Origin: Oligoflexia bacterium
GTDB taxonomy: Bacteria; Bdellovibrionota; Bdellovibrionia; JABDDW01
Assembly: GCA_043732305.1 (NCBI GenBank)
Contig: JAYTHU010000102.1
Span: 1 to 64,000 of the forward strand
DNA length: 64,000 bases
Direction of reading: 5' to 3'
Made by a program: the position numbers and the translations under genes. The notes beneath the pieces are model-generated. The model was not told the DNA's origin. It saw nothing but the letters and a program-made list of their open reading frames with translations, and did no database searches. Numbering within the stretch: the first letter of the stretch is position 1; every line of letters starts with the position of its first letter. Positions 29,359-36,858 of this stretch are shown here, one piece after another.

Positions 29359-32099
29359 AATCTCTTCCAAGCACACTCCATACAAATTTTTTCAATCTTA
29401 CCGTCGCGAGGGTAGGGTGTGAAATCTCCTTGTTTTAATTTTTCTAGGGCTTGTCCGATCTCGGCACCGAGCTCTGCAAAATGGGTTTCTAGTGCTTCAG
29501 ATGTGGTAAGAGCGTTCTTCTGCAGATCGAGAGGTAAAAATCCTCCAGCCTCTGAATCGGATTTCCCAAATCCACGATTGCGATTTAAATTTCTCAATGA
29601 GTAGTAGAAAGCTCCAATCACATCGTCGATTTTTAGTTTTCTATTGATACCGTTTTCGTCTTTCTCATCTAACTGAGCTAATCCAGCCTTTAGTGCCTGA
29701 GAATAAAGTGCCAATTGAAACTGCCCCTGAGCTTTCCAAGACTTGATGTTTGTAAGTTGTGAGGATCGATCTTTATAGTCAATGAGAACGGCCTGTCTCC
29801 GAGAATTTACATCCACGCGGTCAGCTCTACCACCAAAAATCCAATTGTCTAAGCCCATTACATTTTCGGGCGACAGCTCGAGTTTTTTGTTTTCCATATC
29901 CCATGAAATGAATCCAGAAAAAATAAGTTCGGCAAAAGTTTCAAATTTTTCCGGAAAATCTTTTCTCCATTGTTTTTCAAAATCAATGAATCTTTCGATT
30001 TGGCGAACCATACGATTTCTGGCCGATGGCCAGATGTCAGAAGCCGCCATTTTTTGAATTTCACCCAAGCCATCAATTAATTCCACGAGACTCTCACGAT
30101 TCCAATTTTCTAAGCCATCGGTCACAGTTTTTTCTGCAGCCGCGTGTAGAATTTGTCCGCGCATAGAAGGTGTGGGATCGATTTCTAAATCAGGATCATC
30201 CCTTAGCGCAAAGCCTTTTTCCGCTAACGTCTTGAAAGAACATTTCCATAATTTTTCAATGCCAGAAGGACTCAAGCGGACGTTTTCAAGTTTTAGATGC
30301 ACCGGTTTTGTTTCTCGCATTTCAGATTCAACCAAAGAATAAAGTTCGGCCGTCCGACCAGGCTTCCAATTTTTTATTTTGTCTAAATCGCCTTGAAATT
30401 CTGGGTAAGCAATAGCACTTTGGACACGCATCCAATTTGTTTCATTTGCAGAATCACAAAGATCCAAATCCTTGCCTTGCGTTTTCGCGAGGTTCAGCCA
30501 AAAAGAACTAGGGGTGAGAGCTTCTCCATTTTGATTTGAAAGCGCGCAACTCACGACCACGCCCTTGATATCCGACTCTAAAAACCAGGAGAGTGAACTT
30601 GTCCAATCTGAATTTTCTTTTTGAAAAGTAAAACCTGCATCGAAGAAAAACTTAAACGCTTCGGTGCTTAGTTCTTGCGTGTGTTCTTTGCCTCGGGACT
30701 CTGCCTTTGCTCCCAATATAATGAAATATTTGGCGGGTACCTCTTCAATGGAAGAAAAATCAACCGCCCAAACGCCATATCCTGATGCACGTTTATAAGT
30801 AAAGTCAGTTTGAGTGACAGATTTTTGCCAGGCTTCAAGCCAACTTCTCAATGAATGAGTAGAAAAATCTAACTCGGCTTTTATGCGTGATAGGATTTTT
30901 AAAATGTAAGATTGATTGAGCGGCTGGTCACGGTCAGCGATTTTTAAAATGAGGCGCTCAAAATCGGTAAAGCTCAATTCTGTTTTTGAAGATTTACTTT
31001 TTGAAAATAGATGGCGTAACTCTTCTTGCACTGCTGGAACGGCCACTTGGGCAATGTCCATAGCCGGTTTAAGAAAACGTTTTTCATCGGGCTTGATATT
31101 TGGAAAAGCTTCAAATAAATCTGTTGCATCCCAACCTCCCAATAATATTTTAAGTTGCGAGTTTAGTTTTCTAAAAAATTCTAGACCGGCAATGGGAGAG
31201 GACAAATCGCGTTGCGTGGAAAGCCCTTGCCAGGAAAGATCATGATCCAAAATATTTTCATAAACGGAAATGTCAGTTGTCGCGATACAAATTTCTTCAG
31301 CTTTTACGCCCTTGGCTATCCACTGGGAAATTTTTTCGACAGCCTTCCTGGCCTCGGCATCGGGAGAGGCACAGCGCCAAACCTCAATATTTTCGGTCGG
31401 CGAAATTTTTGATTCGCTATCGGGCACTAAAAGCTGGACCTCGTTGAGGCGAGCGAGTTCATCGACCAATTGCTTTTCTGATTCCAAAATTTCAAAACCT
31501 AAATCAAAATAATAAAATTGATCTTTCGGTAATCGTTCCGGACGCTTCAACAGAAGAGAGGGTATGAAAAATCTGGGCATGCGTTTTTGCTGGAGACAAA
31601 ATTCAAAAAACAATGCTCCGGTTTTTACCATCGAAGGGAAAATAATAACTTGGCTTTGAAATAGCTCGGAAAATTCTTCAATCACTTCAAAAGCGAGTTC
31701 ATGAGAAACGAGCGAAACCATTTGCTTGCAAAAATCTAAAAGAAGCTGCGGTGCCCCTGGACGCTGTGACCATTCGCCAAAATCATCAGTCTTAAGAAAT
31801 TTTTCAGCCAGAGCCCATTGCCCCAAACTTCCTACAGGAACGATTTCTGGAAAACTATCGCGCAAAAGATCAATCCAGAGTTCGGCGGCTCGCTTGACCG
31901 GTGATCCCAAAATGATTTCACGATTTTCCAAAAGAGAACGATTCAAAAAAATCTTTGTTTTTAAATCGCTAACAATCCATTGGGGTGCCGCCAAGGAAGA
32001 TATTTCAGGCGCAGTTTGGCCTGTCCTGAGAGATTCGTCAAATTCTGCCCAGATTGATTTTTTATAAGAAAGGCTCGCAAGCTTAATCGTTTTAAGCAT
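29334..32099 (-). CDS. addB: AddB-like PD-(D/E)XK nuclease subunit
   Basis: LSPS.IE...C, GRADRVD, LIDYK, QLALY, CxxC..x.C iron-staple cysteines. Adjacent to addA. Confidence 0.85.
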   Translation of the reverse strand: MLKTIKLASLSYKKSIWAEFDESLRTGQTAPEISSLAAPQWIVSDLKTKIFLNRSLLENREIILGSPVKRAAELWIDLLRDSFPEIVPVGSLGQWALAEKFLKTDDFGEWSQRPGAPQLLLDFCKQMVSLVSHELAFEVIEEFSELFQSQVIIFPSMVKTGALFFEFCLQQKRMPRFFIPSLLLKRPERLPKDQFYYFDLGFEILESEKQLVDELARLNEVQLLVPDSESKISPTENIEVWRCASPDAEARKAVEKISQWIAKGVKAEEICIATTDISVYENILDHDLSWQGLSTQRDLSSPIAGLEFFRKLNSQLKILLGGWDATDLFEAFPNIKPDEKRFLKPAMDIAQVAVPAVQEELRHLFSKSKSSKTELSFTDFERLILKIADRDQPLNQSYILKILSRIKAELDFSTHSLRSWLEAWQKSVTQTDFTYKRASGYGVWAVDFSSIEEVPAKYFIILGAKAESRGKEHTQELSTEAFKFFFDAGFTFQKENSDWTSSLSWFLESDIKGVVVSCALSNQNGEALTPSSFWLNLAKTQGKDLDLCDSANETNWMRVQSAIAYPEFQGDLDKIKNWKPGRTAELYSLVESEMRETKPVHLKLENVRLSPSGIEKLWKCSFKTLAEKGFALRDDPDLEIDPTPSMRGQILHAAAEKTVTDGLENWNRESLVELIDGLGEIQKMAASDIWPSARNRMVRQIERFIDFEKQWRKDFPEKFETFAELIFSGFISWDMENKKLELSPENVMGLDNWIFGGRADRVDVNSRRQAVLIDYKDRSSQLTNIKSWKAQGQFQLALYSQALKAGLAQLDEKDENGINRKLKIDDVIGAFYYSLRNLNRNRGFGKSDSEAGGFLPLDLQKNALTTSEALETHFAELGAEIGQALEKLKQGDFTPYPRDGKIEKICMECAWKRLCRNHQLL

Positions 32100-32133
32100 A
32101 GACTGAATCTAGCTTTAGGAACGAGGATAATCA

Positions 32134-32454
32134 ATGATTGTTGCAGCCCTCAGACTTACATTCATGGTCGCCCCCGACGGCAGTTCTCACAAGAGCGCTG
32201 CGCAGAAAATTAAAGAAAGGCTTTGGAGCCATTTCAAAGTCGCCGTTGCCGAAATTTCCCATAACTCACCAGCAGAATTGCGCATCGGCCTCTCGTTTGT
32301 CGGGACTCAGGAAAGCGACATGGAGTTGCGCGTCCAAGAAATTGTCCGCCACATGAACGACTGGAACTCCGTCGAAATGACCTACGATGAATCCGAACTC
32401 ATCCACTTCGACGACCTCGAACTCGAACGCGACTACCTCAAATACGACCCCTAG
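32134..32454 (+). CDS. DUF503/YlxP-like protein
   Basis: MIVAALRLTF...KIKERLWSHFKVAVAEI...IGLSFVG pattern, about 100 aa. Confidence 0.7.
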   Translation: MIVAALRLTFMVAPDGSSHKSAAQKIKERLWSHFKVAVAEISHNSPAELRIGLSFVGTQESDMELRVQEIVRHMNDWNSVEMTYDESELIHFDDLELERDYLKYDP

Positions 32455-32598
32455 GTACCAGGTTCCTTTTGGTAGCGTACATGCGTTAATTTTATTGTTT
32501 TAAGAGCGTTATTTTGATTTTCGAGTCCCCTTCAACGAAAATGATTCTTCGAAAGCGAAAATTAACGCGGCATCGCTACCAAAAGGAACCTGGTACCT
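32453..32598. repeat. 146-bp element bounded by a perfect 25-bp inverted repeat (REP-doublet/MITE-like)
   Basis: AGGTACCAGGTTCCTTTTGGTAGCG at 32453-32477 and its exact reverse complement at 32574-32598. An inner GCGTTAATTTT/AAAATTAACGC pair extends it. Confidence 0.85.
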
Positions 32599-32606
32599 GA
32601 GGGGGG

Positions 32607-33785
32607 TTAGCGGCGTTGGAATGCGCGATATTTGGAGCCGCCGTTGGCGCCGCTGGAGCTGAAGTCGAAATGGGGATCGAAGCTGAGGTCGATAGTGAGA
32701 CTGGCGATGTAACGGCGATCTTCGGTTTGCCCTGCATAAGCTCCGAGTTCGGTGCCGTAAGTAGCAAAATCTACAGAAAAGTATTTTAAATTTATTGACG
32801 CCCCGGCAGTGTAATAACCTTGATTGACTCCACCTCGAATCGAAAACAGAGAAAATTCCAATTCTACTCCCATATGTAAAAGCATTCCAATTTGCTCGCC
32901 CGCCAGTGTCATGTGTTGGAAATCAATTGCAGGACGAATTTTCAACATTGGTAAATCAAAAGTTGAGGAAAAACCAAGGGTCACATTGTTGTCCATTGGT
33001 GGAGGTGCCACACTTCCAACGGATGGAACAAAAAATGTTTGTCCAATGTTTTGCCAAACAAAAGTCAGGGCAGGATGAACTCCACCTGGAGCTTCTAAAA
33101 GAAATGCGGCATCAGCGCCATAGCCGATCCCGTAGTTGTTCAACAGGCTAGTGAGGTACGCATTTGAAAGACTGGCCACTGTTCCGGGTCCAAGCTTTAA
33201 ACTTCCGCCATACCGCGTGACTCTTTTAAACGCTATTCCGAAACGTAAAATATCGGGTATAAGTGGCAGAGCAAAACCAGTGACAATTCCATTATCGTTC
33301 GTCACGGTTAGAGTGACATTGGAGTAAGCAGGATTGTGCAAAATAAAACTCAAATTTAAAAAATCAAATCCTGCAAATCCGAAATCGCTCATAGAAAAAG
33401 CGAAACAATCTGCAAGACCCATCCAAATTTGTTTACCATAAAATTGTTGAATAATTGTGGCGTAATTTGAAGATGTCGCATTCTGATAATTCGTAAAAGC
33501 ATCTATTGCGTCAGTCCCCACTTGTAATCCAACCAATGCCAAGTGAAACCCTTTAACACGGTCCAAAGCCGCAGGATTATAAAAAAGCGCGTTGTGATCA
33601 TCCACCACGGCAGAGAATGCGTTTCCCATTCCAGCAGCGCGTGCGTTTATGTAATTTTCGCGAATCTCTTGAGCTTGAACTTTAGAATTGAAAATGAAAA
33701 ACGAAAATAAAAATAGCGATGATAAAAAAAGCGTAAATACGAAATGACGTCTTCTGCAGTTTTTAAAAAAGGCACTCACGGGCAT
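32607..33785 (-). CDS. TraF/FadL/PorV-like outer-membrane beta-barrel, paralog A
   Basis: Signal peptide. ARAAGMGNAFSAVVDDHNALFYNPAAL plug motif. C-terminal GVNQGYYTAG...ATYGTELG...EDRRY. Confidence 0.8.
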   Translation of the reverse strand: MPVSAFFKNCRRRHFVFTLFLSSLFLFSFFIFNSKVQAQEIRENYINARAAGMGNAFSAVVDDHNALFYNPAALDRVKGFHLALVGLQVGTDAIDAFTNYQNATSSNYATIIQQFYGKQIWMGLADCFAFSMSDFGFAGFDFLNLSFILHNPAYSNVTLTVTNDNGIVTGFALPLIPDILRFGIAFKRVTRYGGSLKLGPGTVASLSNAYLTSLLNNYGIGYGADAAFLLEAPGGVHPALTFVWQNIGQTFFVPSVGSVAPPPMDNNVTLGFSSTFDLPMLKIRPAIDFQHMTLAGEQIGMLLHMGVELEFSLFSIRGGVNQGYYTAGASINLKYFSVDFATYGTELGAYAGQTEDRRYIASLTIDLSFDPHFDFSSSGANGGSKYRAFQRR

Positions 33786-34657
33786 AAAACATCAATTATA
33801 AGGCCCGTGCCGCCAGGACAAAATGCAGGTGCCACAGGCGTCGCGGTGATCTGACAATATGGTTTGTTGTAGGGAGCTGCTAACCCTACATTTAAATTTG
33901 ATTCACCAACCAAAGTGCGAGCAACCCTAATCATCGTTGGAGTCACACTAGCAGTCGTAGTCACTGAGCAAGCGCCGGGGGCCGAGACTTGAATTTGAGT
34001 GCATGCTGCCAGAAGTGCCGTCAAACTTTGCCCAACTACACCTGCGCCAATGGCCGTCACTGAATCGACAATATTTCCGATGGCCGTTATGACCTCAGCA
34101 CCTTGCGCAGAGGAAAGCTGAGTGCAATTGTTAAAAGTCGCCGTGACAGATCCAGTGTTCAAAGGATCTGCGGTTGAAGCCAACATTGTTCCGAGCTTCG
34201 CAATTTCCACAAAAAGCATGAAGGTATTTTCATCCACCGTGCGAAGAGAAGCCGAAGCCCCAATACTCAGAATAAGGTTTTGGGCGGTCACTTCATCAGA
34301 ATAATTTGCTGCTGTTGATCCTCTGAAAGCAGTAAGTAGTTGAGAAAACAAACTGCTCGAACTTGAACCCAAATTTTGCAGATTTTGTGCAAGTGAGAGC
34401 ATGGACAGTCCGCCTCTTCCCGCATAAGCACTAGCAAGTAAAACTATATTAGTTCGAGTGGCTTGCCCCGCTACAGAGAGGGTCTGCCATTTTTGAATGG
34501 CATCATACCAAAGTGAAGCGTCCACCAATTTTTGGATGTCGATTGAGATTACGGCATCCGAATTTTTAATAGCGATTTCACTGTATAGATTGCAACCACC
34601 AACGTTTGTTAGCGCAATCAAAGTCATCAGAAAAAGAAGTCCAAAGGATCGCTTCAT
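33776..34657 (-). CDS. Ala/Ser/Thr-rich lipoprotein with C-terminal cysteines
   Basis: MKRSFGLLFLMTLIALTNVGGC lipobox, LASAYAGRGG helix motif, six further Cys. Confidence 0.8.
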   Translation of the reverse strand: MKRSFGLLFLMTLIALTNVGGCNLYSEIAIKNSDAVISIDIQKLVDASLWYDAIQKWQTLSVAGQATRTNIVLLASAYAGRGGLSMLSLAQNLQNLGSSSSSLFSQLLTAFRGSTAANYSDEVTAQNLILSIGASASLRTVDENTFMLFVEIAKLGTMLASTADPLNTGSVTATFNNCTQLSSAQGAEVITAIGNIVDSVTAIGAGVVGQSLTALLAACTQIQVSAPGACSVTTTASVTPTMIRVARTLVGESNLNVGLAAPYNKPYCQITATPVAPAFCPGGTGLIIDVLCP

Positions 34658-34737
34658 AGACTTAAATTTTAAAGGATTTTGACGAAAACAGGGAGTCAAT
34701 TGATTGGCGTAGACCAACGCGGCTTAAGAAATTTGGC

Positions 34738-35841
34738 TTAGAATCTGAATCCATAACGGGCCACAAAGCGGCGATCTTCTGTAAACTTCGGATAAACGCC
34801 AATTTCCTCGCCGTAAGTCGTGATCTGGACTTGCTGACCACCAAGATCAACTTCTATTCCAGCAGTGTAATAACCTTCATTATATCCTGCGCGCATATAA
34901 AAAACGTCAGAGAAATTAACTTCTGCACCAGCATGAATATTGCGGATGATACTTTGACTGTAGGGGTTTTGAAGATCACTAAATTGCACAGTGAATGATG
35001 CGCGAGTGTGTTGTCCATCATATGGAAAAATGGCCATTCCCGCGTCCACTTTTTGCATTTGCGGAGGTGGACGAGTAGTTGTGGTGTAGATCATTCCATT
35101 TCCTAGAGTGAAATTGGTGTTGCCTACATCATGAGCCACAACCGTGATTGTTGGTAGCATTGCCCAAGGTGCGGTCAGCATGATACTCCCATCCCATCCA
35201 ACTCCAGTTCCCTCACTTGCTAAATTTGGAATTGAAAGTCCGGTAGCTGATTGCGCGACCGTTGTCGAAATATAAACACGATTGTCTACCTTGCCCATGA
35301 TGCCAATTTTAAGTCGGCCTTCCCAGAGCCTGAAGCAATAACCAATAGCCGCAGCATAATCATTGATATAATTATACTGCATCGTCCCTGTTGCAGAGGA
35401 ATATTGCGCATTTAAACTGTAGTTGGCTAGTCCGCCGATCGCAAAATTTCTCATGACGAGTGTCGGTTGAACTTGAAATTTAGCGTGAAGATTTTTATCA
35501 GGATTTTTCACCGCTAAATTTAAAAGGGCGTTTGGATCTTGCGCTCCGGCGTAGCTGCTCAGATTTGCGCCGATTGCGGAAACAGTGCTGTAATTGGTTT
35601 CTAGTTCAGGATTTATCAAAGATAAATATGTCCCGCGCACTTTTCCTAGCCCTGCGGGATTGACAAAAAGTGCCGTCTCATCATCAACTATTGCAACACC
35701 CGCTCCGCCCATGGCTTCATCACGGGCGCTGCGGAAGTTTTGCGTTTTTTCTTGCGCGACAGCGCCCGTTCCCACAAGCAGAATAAGAACAATTATCGTG
35801 TTCGAAAGTATTGGGAATTTCAATTTCTGCGTTATTTCCAT
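34738..35841 (-). CDS. TraF/FadL/PorV-like outer-membrane beta-barrel, paralog B
   Basis: SARDEAMGGAGVAIVDDETALFVNPAGL, GYNEGYYTAG...TTYGEEIG...EDRRF, terminal YGFRF. Confidence 0.82.
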   Translation of the reverse strand: MEITQKLKFPILSNTIIVLILLVGTGAVAQEKTQNFRSARDEAMGGAGVAIVDDETALFVNPAGLGKVRGTYLSLINPELETNYSTVSAIGANLSSYAGAQDPNALLNLAVKNPDKNLHAKFQVQPTLVMRNFAIGGLANYSLNAQYSSATGTMQYNYINDYAAAIGYCFRLWEGRLKIGIMGKVDNRVYISTTVAQSATGLSIPNLASEGTGVGWDGSIMLTAPWAMLPTITVVAHDVGNTNFTLGNGMIYTTTTRPPPQMQKVDAGMAIFPYDGQHTRASFTVQFSDLQNPYSQSIIRNIHAGAEVNFSDVFYMRAGYNEGYYTAGIEVDLGGQQVQITTYGEEIGVYPKFTEDRRFVARYGFRF

Positions 35842-35847
35842 AACTTC

Positions 35848-35874
35848 TTATCGGTGAATATGAACAATTCTAGC
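35848..35874 (-). promoter_or_regulatory. Possible sigma28-like promoter for the barrel B-lipoprotein-barrel A operon
   Basis: ACCGATAA -10-like box 6 nt upstream of ATG 35841. The -35 match is weak. Confidence 0.35.
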
Positions 35875-36017
35875 CGTCAGTCATATGACAGGACTAAGAT
35901 CCAAATTTTCGTCTCTACAAACTAGTTGAAATTAGAAAATCAATGCGGTTACTCTAATAATACTGCTCAGCACATCGTGTTCGGCAAAAACTATCAACTT
36001 TGCAGAACGGGGACAAA

Positions 36018-36761
36018 ATGACACGTGAATCGAAAAAAACAAATCTCAAAACAACATTGAAAACTTTTGCAGTGATTGCGACATGTGCGATTGCCCTCAC
36101 CGCGTGCGAAACGGCCGAGCAAAATAGCACCGCTCAGGCTCTCACCTGCGTGAACAATGCGGCAAAACTTTCTGCGACTGATCCCGTGACTGCAGCTACA
36201 AACGCAACCGCATGCGAAGCTATTACTTCAAAGCTAGTCAATTCGGCAGAGGCAGCTAAGATCGGTTTCTCCGCAGTGCTTTTGATGTCCCAGAAATTTA
36301 GCCAAATTCAAAACCTTGTGAATGCTCTGAAACAAACCAACAACACGCTAGCCACTGGATTTACGTTTCTGATTTTTGCTGGCGGTTCCGGCAATATCGG
36401 TGATCCCAATTATACTAAAATGCAAACGTACGCTAATCGTTCCGCCAATATTGGCATTTTAGAAGTTTGGTCTATATTCTCAACAGCAAATTTAATTGCA
36501 AGCCTTGGATCACTCACAGCCACTCCGACTCAAGCTCAAGTGACAACGGCTGTAGCGGCACTCAACCCCGCAAATGCGAATATTTCAGGTACACCAGAAA
36601 ATGCTTTAGCAACTGCAGTACTTACAGCTCAACAAAATGCATGTTCAGGATCGGGCAGCAGCTCCACCACTTGCGCAGCCCTAACCAAAGCAATTGGCAG
36701 CGGAGCCACTCCCTCATCAGTGATTTCTGCTCTTCAGGCATACGTAGCCGCCGGGAATTGA
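36018..36761 (+). CDS. Ala/Thr-rich helical lipoprotein with four additional Cys
   Basis: ATG follows GGGGA. Lipobox LTAC. Divergent from barrel B. Confidence 0.8.
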   Translation: MTRESKKTNLKTTLKTFAVIATCAIALTACETAEQNSTAQALTCVNNAAKLSATDPVTAATNATACEAITSKLVNSAEAAKIGFSAVLLMSQKFSQIQNLVNALKQTNNTLATGFTFLIFAGGSGNIGDPNYTKMQTYANRSANIGILEVWSIFSTANLIASLGSLTATPTQAQVTTAVAALNPANANISGTPENALATAVLTAQQNACSGSGSSSTTCAALTKAIGSGATPSSVISALQAYVAAGN

Positions 36762-36858
36762 TTGCCCTTCGCAGCCGCAGGCAGCTAAGGAAAACTTTGT
36801 CTCGAGTTTGAAATCATTACAGACGACTATCACGTCATGTTTTGGTAATGTCACACCT

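Noticed and set aside
29334..32099. Cas4 or defence nuclease
   Set aside because: The four-Cys PD-(D/E)XK domain is the C-terminus of a 921-aa protein paired with an AddA helicase, which is ordinary AddAB. No CRISPR array was seen.
32576..32767. 63-aa minus-strand ORF ending QVPGSFW
   Set aside because: It is an alternate frame of barrel A running into the inverted repeat.
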